DNA of 43,343 nucleotides from an uncultured Clostridia bacterium (GTDB lineage Bacteria; Bacillota; Clostridia; TANB77; CAG-508): NCBI GenBank assembly GCA_947594985.1, contig CANQEK010000002.1, positions 1 to 43,343 of the forward strand, read 5' to 3'. Shown piece by piece: positions 30,238 to 38,081 of this stretch (position 1 is its first letter; each line of letters starts with the position of its first letter). The notes under the pieces were generated by a model. It saw only the letters and a program-made list of their open reading frames with translations, ran no database searches and was not told where the DNA came from. The position numbers and the translations under genes were made by a program.

Positions 30238-30241
30238 TTAA

Positions 30242-30829
30242 TTATTCATCCCTTTCTTTTCTACTTTTTCTTAATGCCTTATGAACTAAACAAAATGAAA
30301 CATATAATGTAATTGGAATAACAATAATAAAATATGAAGCAAATGTATCATATAAAAGACTAAATAATAATGATAGTAAAAATACCTTTCTTATAACAAC
30401 ACCTCTAATTTGACTAGATGAAACAGCAGGATCCTCAGAAGAGTTTGCAATACCTTTTGTATAGAAAACTTTTTCTCCATTTTCTTCTTCAATTCTTATA
30501 AGTCTGTGAGTGATTATCTTACCATCTACTGAACCATAGTTACCCTCATATACTAAGTCGTCTCCAACTTTTATTTTATCAATATCTTTTTCTTTAGCTA
30601 AAATAACATCTCCAACAGAATATTTTGGAATCATACTTCCTGTCTCTACTCTAAAAATTCTAAAGCCTAAAAAACTATTTTTATTATTAGTTACACGTTG
30701 AATAATTACAACTAGTGCAAAAAATAATAATACTATTGTTATAAATATTTTTAATACATTAATTATAAATTTGAAAAGTCCAACATTCTTATTATTTTCA
30801 TCTGTATTTTTATTCATTTTATCTGACAT
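30242..30829 (-). CDS. Signal peptidase I, SipW type (195 aa)
   Basis: N-terminal TM, Ser box RVETGSMIPKY, GDDLVYEG, His box IITHRLI, TKGIANSSEDP, and a C-terminal TM with a short basic tail. Confidence 0.8.
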   Translation of the reverse strand: MSDKMNKNTDENNKNVGLFKFIINVLKIFITIVLLFFALVVIIQRVTNNKNSFLGFRIFRVETGSMIPKYSVGDVILAKEKDIDKIKVGDDLVYEGNYGSVDGKIITHRLIRIEEENGEKVFYTKGIANSSEDPAVSSSQIRGVVIRKVFLLSLLFSLLYDTFASYFIIVIPITLYVSFCLVHKALRKSRKERDE

Positions 30830-30880
30830 TTTTATTTCTACCTCATTTTAATTTCTTACAACAATTCTTTTATTAATTTC

Positions 30881-30990
30881 TTCTATTAATAATTAATTTA
30901 ATTTTTTTCTATTAATATTTAAATTTATTTCTTTCTATTAACATTTAAATTTATTTTTTCCGATTAATATTTAATTTCTTTCTATTATCC
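30881..30990. repeat. 4-5 tandem copies of an AT-rich unit of about 26 bp (TTCTATTAATATTTAAATTTATTTCT)
   Basis: Units start at 30881, 30907, 30933, about 30958 and 30980 (the last is truncated). The array fills the gap between the McrC-like stop (30997) and the SipW-type start (30829). Confidence 0.8.
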
Positions 30991-30996
30991 ATATAA

Positions 30997-32124
30997 TTAT
31001 TTCAATTTTATTTTTTCTACTTTATTTAAATAATTATTAATACCTTTTTTAAATGCCTCCTCTAAAGGTTTTAGTGAAACTTCTTTCTTTCTTTTATAAA
31101 CAATAAATTTATTTATAAGCATTTTTTTAAGTTCATCTTCTAGTAAATCTGGATTAATATCTATTATTTGTTCCATTAATTTTTCCGTTAGTTCTCTTCT
31201 TTCTTTTCTATCTTCTTCTACTCTTACTTGTCTTTTTTTATTTCTTAACGGAGTATTAATAGTATTAAAAATTAAATACTTTATAAAGAAATCTTCATCA
31301 ACTAATTGTTTTACAATACCGTTATCTTCATATTCTTTTTGACGTTTTACTGCTTTATTTTCAATATCCATATGATCACTTAAATAGTTCCATAATTTAA
31401 CAGCATATTGGAAATTCGTATTTTTAAGCAAAACATTTGTCATTTTAAGAGGAGCTTTAACTGGAGTTGCTTTTTTATCATCTAATAATTGAAAAATATT
31501 TGTAGCTTTTAATGTCCTCATAGTTTTTTGTAATTCAATAAATTTATCTTTAGTGTTTTCAGATTTTTCTTGATCTTCAGCACTTTGTGAAATATATTCA
31601 AAATTCAATTTAATTTTTTCTTTTCTCAATCTAGTAGTTGCTTGATAAACAGCCTTTTGATGATGTTTTCCTTTAAATGGATTTTTATTATCCATACCTT
31701 TTGTTCTTAAATAAACAAAATCATCAACTAATTTTATTAATGTATATAGAAATCTATTTTCATATGTAAGAAAACTTTCTTCTTTGTAAGCATTTAATAT
31801 TTTAGATGGTTTTACATCTTGTGTTTCTTCATCAAATTCTGAAATTAAATTTGTATTTTTAGATAAATGTTTAATACTTTCAACTGTAACTTTTTTTATT
31901 AACTCTATTTTTACAACTTCTTCTTCAGTAATAATTTGTTTATTTGGATTTCTTAACGCTTTTTCCAAATATGGAGCTGTAAAAAGAACTTGATCAATCC
32001 ATTCATCATTTTCAATAATTTCATTTTTACTAATATCCAGCATTAATTTTGAATCAATTTTATTTATAAATAACGGCATATCTGGATTATGTTCATTTAT
32101 TAAGTTTAAAACATTTAAATTCAT
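30997..32124 (-). CDS. McrC N-terminal/DUF2357-like protein without a recognisable nuclease domain (375 aa)
   Basis: It sits downstream of the McrB-like gene, in mcrB-mcrC order. ESFLTYENRFLYTLIKLVDDF resembles the McrC/DUF2357 (D/E)-T-x-x-NR-h-h-K-x-h-h segment (E. coli McrC EDTLANRIIKSTLAIL). The C-terminal third is a K/E/R-rich helical tail, and I see no D...(D/E)xK nuclease core. RBS GGAGAC. Confidence 0.45.
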   Translation of the reverse strand: MNLNVLNLINEHNPDMPLFINKIDSKLMLDISKNEIIENDEWIDQVLFTAPYLEKALRNPNKQIITEEEVVKIELIKKVTVESIKHLSKNTNLISEFDEETQDVKPSKILNAYKEESFLTYENRFLYTLIKLVDDFVYLRTKGMDNKNPFKGKHHQKAVYQATTRLRKEKIKLNFEYISQSAEDQEKSENTKDKFIELQKTMRTLKATNIFQLLDDKKATPVKAPLKMTNVLLKNTNFQYAVKLWNYLSDHMDIENKAVKRQKEYEDNGIVKQLVDEDFFIKYLIFNTINTPLRNKKRQVRVEEDRKERRELTEKLMEQIIDINPDLLEDELKKMLINKFIVYKRKKEVSLKPLEEAFKKGINNYLNKVEKIKLK

Positions 32125-32280
32125 AATTAGTCTCCATTCAATTTAAAGTAAGACAATTTTTAATTTCTATATTTATTTTTCTTATTTATTAAATAAGATT
32201 GTTCTTAAATTTAATATTTACTATAAGATAATTTTAAAATCTTTATTTACCAATATGACCATTTTAAAACTATTATTCTA

Positions 32281-33831
32281 TTAAGACATTTTCTTAAGTC
32301 TTAATAAAAATTCTATACATTCTGCCATTCTACCTTTTCCAAAATGATCATCTAAAAATTGTATGTAACCATCTATTTCATCTCTTATTAAAGCTAAGTT
32401 TAATCCTTCAAATTTTCTTAAAACTTTTTTAGCCATGAAATAATCAACTGCTTCAGTTTCATCACCACCACAAGCAACATATACTGGTACGAATTTTCTC
32501 ATATGTTTAACAATACGGTTACCAAAAGCAACTCTAAAATGTTGTATTGTATAATCATCCATTTTTTCAATATTTTCTAATATTTCTTCAGACATTGCAT
32601 AATCTTCCATAGCTTGATTAAATAAATTATCAAGATATGAATAATTAACGTCCCAAGCGTCCGCTGGTTCTGGCTCAAATGGAACACCTTTTTCGTTAAT
32701 ATCTATAGGCATAGCTCTATCATAAACCTTATCTGTTACCATGAATGTAGAATCGTCGTTATTGATTGTTCCTATATACCAAACATTAGGTGGAATTTGT
32801 AATTTTCCTTTTATTAATTTTTTAGGATCTGATTTCCAAGTACTTTGTACAACCTCAATTAACCATTCTTTAGTATCATGCATTTCTAGTATTGATAGCA
32901 TTTCTGCAAAATAATACTCAACACGGGCAAGGTTCATTTCGTCTAATATTACAGTAAATATTTCATCTGTATATCCAGCTGTATATAAATAACTTAAGAA
33001 GTCTGTTTCATTAAATTTTTTAGTAAACTCATTTAAATATCCAAAAATATCAGTTCTATCTCTCCAAGATGGTTGTACTGAAGCAACACAAGATGGGTGT
33101 TTTACAAATTTACCCCAAGCAAGTGATATAGATGTTTTACCAGTACCAGAAATACCTTGTAGAATAACAAGTTTAGTTGACGCTATAGCTGATACAAATA
33201 ATCTTATCATCTTTTCACTATAATATAGTTTTAATTTATGTGCTGCAAAATGTCTAAATTGATGACAAAATTCTGGAAGTGTAAAAGAATTTTTATAATC
33301 TTTTTGCTTGTAATTTGCATATTCTTCATCAACCATAGTTAATTTTGAAAATCTGCTTTCTCCTACATCAATTGGTGCATCTTCATCCTGATCTTGTCCA
33401 GAAGCATCCGAAGAATAACCATTTCCATCTACACCAATGCCTTCTGTGTTTAAGCCTAGTTCAGGATTTTTCATATCTAAAATTTTCAATTTCTCATCAA
33501 CTAAGGTTTCAACTTGTTGATTTAAAGAATCTATTTCTTTTAGTAACTCCTCTTGATCAAGAATTTTCTTTCTCCATTTTGTGTGTTTTTTCCAAAATAG
33601 GACAATTAACAAAATTATTATACCTATAACAGCGGCTAAAGCTGTTATAGCAAGTCCAACTAAAATCCATTCAGATACAGAAAAGTCCTTTTCATAATGA
33701 TCTATTATACCTTTATATTCTGGAATATTAAAAGTTTTAGTCATTCCAGTAAATATTGCTTTTAGAACATCTATAAAGCCTGAAAAAAATTGATTTAAAA
33801 ATTCATATAAAAATCTTCCGTATGTTTCCAT
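32281..33831 (-). CDS. McrB-family (AAA_5) AAA+ NTPase with N-terminal transmembrane anchor and short coiled coil (516 aa)
   Basis: TM segment WILVGLAITALAAVIGIIILLIVLFW, then heptad-like KKILDQEELLKEIDSLNQQVETLVDEKLKIL. Walker A LQGISGTGKTS. VQPSWRDRTDIFGY. Walker B with McrB-type continuation VILDEMNLARVEYYFAEMLSILE. YIGTINNDDSTFMVTDKVYDRAMPI resembles the McrB MNxxDR segment. RBS GAGGAG. Confidence 0.65.
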   Translation of the reverse strand: METYGRFLYEFLNQFFSGFIDVLKAIFTGMTKTFNIPEYKGIIDHYEKDFSVSEWILVGLAITALAAVIGIIILLIVLFWKKHTKWRKKILDQEELLKEIDSLNQQVETLVDEKLKILDMKNPELGLNTEGIGVDGNGYSSDASGQDQDEDAPIDVGESRFSKLTMVDEEYANYKQKDYKNSFTLPEFCHQFRHFAAHKLKLYYSEKMIRLFVSAIASTKLVILQGISGTGKTSISLAWGKFVKHPSCVASVQPSWRDRTDIFGYLNEFTKKFNETDFLSYLYTAGYTDEIFTVILDEMNLARVEYYFAEMLSILEMHDTKEWLIEVVQSTWKSDPKKLIKGKLQIPPNVWYIGTINNDDSTFMVTDKVYDRAMPIDINEKGVPFEPEPADAWDVNYSYLDNLFNQAMEDYAMSEEILENIEKMDDYTIQHFRVAFGNRIVKHMRKFVPVYVACGGDETEAVDYFMAKKVLRKFEGLNLALIRDEIDGYIQFLDDHFGKGRMAECIEFLLRLKKMS

Positions 33832-33863
33832 TTTATTTCTCCTCGTATTTTATTGTCATATAA

Positions 33864-34883
33864 CTATTGTTCTATAACATTTGTAAATGATTGTATATTT
33901 TTCATTATTTCTTTATATAAACGTATATTTTTAGGTAAAATCACATATTTAAACATCTTCAATCTTTCTACTTCCTCTATATCTTTTAAAGTATCATCTA
34001 AAGTAATTGCAAAATTAAAACCTTGTCCTAAATATTCAATTACAAGTTTTCTATATTTTTTTAAATCATGATAAGTAATATTTAAATTAATTTTATCTTG
34101 CAATGCTTGATTATTTATTGTATTTAAAAGTGATTCTAATTTTTGCAATTTGCTAAATAAAGAAGTAACAAATTCAACTATATATGTATCTTTAAAATTA
34201 GCATTTAATATATCCCTTATAGATACAACGCTTAATAAAATATATTCTACTTCTAACTTATCTTCTGCTATAATACCAGTATTATATACTTTATCAATTG
34301 CTATATCACTATATTGAACAGGTAAATTTATATTATAATCTAAATCAACATAATATAAGTTATCAATTTCTTTATGTTTTACAAAATTCAATTTAAAATC
34401 ATCTGTTTCAAATTTCTCAAGAAATAAATCTTTTTCTAACATATCGCTTTTTATCTGTTTATAAAAGTTTTCCTTAAAATCGGTTTGAGTTCTAATTTTA
34501 AATTGTTTTCTTCTCATAATTACTAATTGATCTATAATTTGATTTAAATCTTGTATACTTTTAAAATTTTCTATTTTTCGTACATTGTCAAAAAAGAAAA
34601 TATAATTAAAAATTTGTCTCGTGTTTTCAATTGAATCTATTTTTTCTTCTCCAAACTTTTTCTTTAAAATTTCATTTTTTCTATTTAAAGCATCAATTAT
34701 TTTTAAATAAAAAGCTTTTGTAGTTTTACTTGCATGATTTATATTATAATATCTTGCATTTATATATGTTTTTATATATTCATTTACAATTTCTTCATCA
34801 TAATATTTATTAAGTATAGTCTTCATATAGTTTCTAATTTTTTTAACTGTAAACTTTATATATTGATCCATTAAATTTTTCAT
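33864..34883 (-). CDS. Hypothetical protein, C-terminal half possibly a degenerate, truncated EAL-like domain (339 aa)
   Basis: Soluble ORF 32 nt upstream of the McrB-like gene. By-eye similarity to the EAL order of motifs: F-x-L-x-F (FKLNFVKHKE), YIVEFVTSLFS (compare LEITES) and GQGFNFAITLDDTLKD...LKMFKYVIL (compare G-x-x-h-A-L-DDFGTG...h-D-x-h-K-h-D). The final EGVE/QG part is absent. Confidence 0.3.
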   Translation of the reverse strand: MKNLMDQYIKFTVKKIRNYMKTILNKYYDEEIVNEYIKTYINARYYNINHASKTTKAFYLKIIDALNRKNEILKKKFGEEKIDSIENTRQIFNYIFFFDNVRKIENFKSIQDLNQIIDQLVIMRRKQFKIRTQTDFKENFYKQIKSDMLEKDLFLEKFETDDFKLNFVKHKEIDNLYYVDLDYNINLPVQYSDIAIDKVYNTGIIAEDKLEVEYILLSVVSIRDILNANFKDTYIVEFVTSLFSKLQKLESLLNTINNQALQDKINLNITYHDLKKYRKLVIEYLGQGFNFAITLDDTLKDIEEVERLKMFKYVILPKNIRLYKEIMKNIQSFTNVIEQ

Positions 34884-34901
34884 ATTATCCTCTTTACAAT
34901 T

Positions 34902-35498
34902 CTAATTACCTGTTTTAGCTTCACCTTCAACTAACTGTTTAGCATCTATCTCTAATCTTGCACTTTCAATTAAATCAGCTAAATTCGAATCATTTTTATA
35001 TATTTCAGGAAAAGTTACATACATTTTAAAACTTTCCGTTATATCTTCTTCAACCCCTAAAGTCCATGGCATATTATTACTATTTTTCATTGTTATTCTT
35101 CTATAAAAAGTTCCATCTTCATCCTGAATAATTTCTTCTGTATTTTTGCCTACAGAACCATCTTTTACTACTTCATATTCTAACGGAATATTAGTAGTTA
35201 CAGTTAGAACAAAATAATATTGCATCATTGTTTCTGCTCTTTTTCCATCTTTAAAATTTGATACTTGGCATAAATCAAATTCAAATCTATCTTTTGAAGG
35301 ATATAATTCAGTTAAATGTATATTTTTTCTTTCAATAGTATCATCAACAATCCAAAATGCTATTTCTGGTTTTGCAGTAATTTTTGCTTCAGATTGATAT
35401 TTTGATAAAGTTTCTCTGATTCCAAAAAAAGCAGTAATAATCATTGATATTAGTACAATTATAATTAAAATCTTGCGTAAAACTCTTTTATCAAACAT
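34902..35498 (-). CDS. TasA/camelysin-like secreted protein, second subfamily (198 aa)
   Basis: N-terminus ILIIIVLISMIITAFFGIRETLSKYQSE. C-terminus FKMYVTFPEIYKNDSNLADLIESARLEIDAKQ. Its start overlaps the upstream SipW-type gene by 8 nt. Confidence 0.6.
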   Translation of the reverse strand: MFDKRVLRKILIIIVLISMIITAFFGIRETLSKYQSEAKITAKPEIAFWIVDDTIERKNIHLTELYPSKDRFEFDLCQVSNFKDGKRAETMMQYYFVLTVTTNIPLEYEVVKDGSVGKNTEEIIQDEDGTFYRRITMKNSNNMPWTLGVEEDITESFKMYVTFPEIYKNDSNLADLIESARLEIDAKQLVEGEAKTGN

Positions 35499-36015
35499 TC
35501 TTTTCCCCTACTTTTTCTTTATATGAAACTAGCAGTATTAACAAAATAAAGGTTATACAAATTGATAATATAACTTTTATATCTGAAAAAACTGCTTTCC
35601 AAACTTTTATGTTATTAAATATGAAAACAACTTTTCCCACGATATCATCTTTTTTAATTGGTGCGTCTTCTGAACTATTATTATCACCTTTTGCAATTAT
35701 TGAATCATCATCAATTTTTATTACTCTATGAGTAATAAGTTCATTATTTTTTTTATATGTAATAATATCATTTTCTAAAACATTGTTTCCGAGTTTAACT
35801 ATAATAATGTCGTCTATTCCAATAGTATTTGCCATACTACCAGTTTCAACTTGAAATATTGAATAGCCAAATAAATTAATATATTCTTTATTCAAAACAT
35901 TTACTTGTATAAATGAATATACTGCTAATAAAGCTATTAATACAAGTATAATTATAATAAGATTAATTAAAATACTTTTTATATTATTAAATACTTTTCC
36001 CATATTTTCACTCAT
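35491..36015 (-). CDS. Signal peptidase I, SipW type (174 aa)
   Basis: N-terminal TM, Ser box QVETGSMANTI, His box LITHRVI, AKGDNNSSEDAP, and a C-terminal TM. Confidence 0.8.
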   Translation of the reverse strand: MSENMGKVFNNIKSILINLIIIILVLIALLAVYSFIQVNVLNKEYINLFGYSIFQVETGSMANTIGIDDIIIVKLGNNVLENDIITYKKNNELITHRVIKIDDDSIIAKGDNNSSEDAPIKKDDIVGKVVFIFNNIKVWKAVFSDIKVILSICITFILLILLVSYKEKVGEKNV

Positions 36016-36032
36016 TATTTTTATTACTTATT

Positions 36033-36767
36033 TTAAATTTCTAGTTTTTCACCTCTATATTGTGTTAATACCATTCTAATTGGTATTGATAATTGACTTT
36101 CTTCTTTTTCTCCTAACACAACATCATCTTCATTTTTTAGTTCATCATTTTTCCATCTATAATAGACTCTAATCAAATTAAAATATTTGTCTTCAATTCT
36201 TTGAATTGGCATAACTCCTTTATACAGATTTTTTTCAAGATCAATTTTTGTATTAGTATTACTAATTAATTCTGTATCTTCTGGAGATAATTCAAAAAAA
36301 TTCTCAATTTTTACTAGTTCAATTTTAGCTGTAACATTTGGATCTTCTGTTTCAATATCTTCTTCTACATTTTCATCACCAGGGTCGTCCACTGTTTCTG
36401 CAATAGCACTAGGTTCATCTTCCGTTTTGTTTTTTGTTGCTGAACCTAACGTAATTTCATACAAGATAGATACATCTGTTTTACTAGCATCTATTAATAA
36501 TTCAAAATAGCCTTGACTTCCGGGAGCAATTTTCCCATCTGCAACATATTCTGATTGTACATATTTCATATATTCAGGAGTTAAATCAAATTCTTCTATT
36601 TGAGTTCCAGAAGAAATTTCATTTCCATTTACATCTATTATCCATCTTCCAAGTGAATTATTATAAGTTCCTTCTAATTGACTCTTATATAGTGCATATG
36701 TATTTATTATCATAAAAGAAGTTATTATAAACATAATAAGAAATAATATAATTAATATTTTTTTCAT
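36033..36767 (-). CDS. TasA/camelysin-like secreted protein, second subfamily (244 aa)
   Basis: N-terminus KKILIILFLIMFIITSFMIINTYALYKSQ. Has APGSQGYFELLIDA and an acidic insert. C-terminus YYRWKNDELKNEDD...IPIRMVLTQYRG. Paralog of 29144..29824. Confidence 0.65.
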   Translation of the reverse strand: MKKILIILFLIMFIITSFMIINTYALYKSQLEGTYNNSLGRWIIDVNGNEISSGTQIEEFDLTPEYMKYVQSEYVADGKIAPGSQGYFELLIDASKTDVSILYEITLGSATKNKTEDEPSAIAETVDDPGDENVEEDIETEDPNVTAKIELVKIENFFELSPEDTELISNTNTKIDLEKNLYKGVMPIQRIEDKYFNLIRVYYRWKNDELKNEDDVVLGEKEESQLSIPIRMVLTQYRGEKLEI

Positions 36768-36770
36768 TAT

Positions 36771-37487
36771 TTAATTTCCTTTTACTCTTTTTGTAGAAGT
36801 CGTACTTTTAGAAGTGGTTGACTTTGAAGTTGTAGCTTTTGTAGTACTTGTTTTTGAAGCACTGCTTTTTCTAGGTGTTGCTGTTCTAGTTTCAGTATTT
36901 TTTGAAGTAGATGTTTTTGTTCTTACATTTTTTACATTTTCTTTTTGATTAGGCTCATTATCGTCATCATCCAAATTATCACCATATTTAATTTCAATAA
37001 ATAATTCATATAATTCTTGTAAGAATAAGAATAATGTAACAATTACTATACAGAATAAATATCCCCATCTTGATTCTAATATTGATAATACAGTTCCTAA
37101 ATGATGAAATACTTTTACATTTTCTGTTTTTCCTATTAAATAAGATGAATCAAATTGATAACCATCTTCTAGGAAATATGTAACACGTTTTCCTTGTGGT
37201 ACCTTTTCAACTAAAGTTGCATTTTTAATTTTAAATTCTGAGCTTGATATATTTTGGTATAATAATATTTTATCATCAACTTCAACACCTGCATCTGTAG
37301 ATTGTTTTATTAATAATAAATCTCCTTCTACATAATCAGGTTCTAAAGATTCATCTTTAACAATATATAATGTGTAGCCACCTACTTCACTACACATATA
37401 TTGATTATATGATAATAACAAGAATGTAACTGTTATTGCAATAATTGCATAAATAAATAAGAAAACATTTCCTAACTTACTTCTCAT
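36771..37487 (-). CDS. SipW-like signal peptidase homolog lacking the catalytic His, with S/T/K-rich tail (238 aa)
   Basis: Same architecture as the four SipW-type paralogs. The Ser box reads IVKDESLEPDY. The His-box position reads KNATLVEKV with no His. The GDxN box reads LEDGYQFDSS. After the C-terminal TM comes the tail ...KTSTSKNTETRTATPRKSSASKTSTTKATTSKSTTSKSTTSTKR. Confidence 0.6.
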   Translation of the reverse strand: MRSKLGNVFLFIYAIIAITVTFLLLSYNQYMCSEVGGYTLYIVKDESLEPDYVEGDLLLIKQSTDAGVEVDDKILLYQNISSSEFKIKNATLVEKVPQGKRVTYFLEDGYQFDSSYLIGKTENVKVFHHLGTVLSILESRWGYLFCIVIVTLFLFLQELYELFIEIKYGDNLDDDDNEPNQKENVKNVRTKTSTSKNTETRTATPRKSSASKTSTTKATTSKSTTSKSTTSTKRVKGN

Positions 37488-37523
37488 AATTTAAAATAAT
37501 CCTTTCATTTTAACTTTTGTAAA

Positions 37524-37976
37524 TTATTTTTGTAATTGTATTGATTTTGTTGCTGTTAAATCACCTTTTTGAATAACACTTATACTATAACTTTCACCAA
37601 CAGGCAAATCGTTTATATAAGTACTCATTTTACTAAGGACTTCTCCTTTTTCATCTAATAATATAGCATTTAAACTTTCATTTTGTATATGAGTTTGTGT
37701 TGTGTTATCAATAACCATTGAAATCATAGTTTCATTATTATCTTTTAAAAATGTCATATTAATATCCTTTACTGGCATATCACTATAAGTAGTATCTGGT
37801 AATAATATACTTGGTTCAGTATTTTCATCTAATGCAACTTCTTTTGGTTTATTTCTAAAATATTTTACAGTAAAAATAACTGCTATAATAGCCACAATTA
37901 TTAGGAGAATAGCAACACATAATATGCTTATATTTTTCTTGTTTAATTTTCGTTTATTTTCTTTTTGACTTTCCAC
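37524..37976 (-). CDS. Membrane-anchored small beta-rich protein (150 aa, possibly FxLYD/DUF4352-like)
   Basis: GTG start after GGGGGTG. One TM, then an extracytoplasmic domain of about 95 aa containing LNAILLDEKGEVL. Confidence 0.5.
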   Translation of the reverse strand: MESQKENKRKLNKKNISILCVAILLIIVAIIAVIFTVKYFRNKPKEVALDENTEPSILLPDTTYSDMPVKDINMTFLKDNNETMISMVIDNTTQTHIQNESLNAILLDEKGEVLSKMSTYINDLPVGESYSISVIQKGDLTATKSIQLQK

Positions 37977-38081
37977 TTAGTTCACCCCCATTTTTCTCTT
38001 TTAATATATTTATATCACAACTTAATAGAAAAGTCTATATCATTTATGTTACAAAAGTTTATATAATTTATATTATATTTT

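Noticed and set aside
30997-33831. Calling the AAA+/McrC-like pair a conventional McrBC type IV restriction system.
   Set aside because: The McrB-like protein has a TM anchor instead of a DNA-binding N-domain, and I cannot find a PD-(D/E)xK core in the partner. It is kept as an unusual McrBC-like pair rather than an annotated restriction enzyme.
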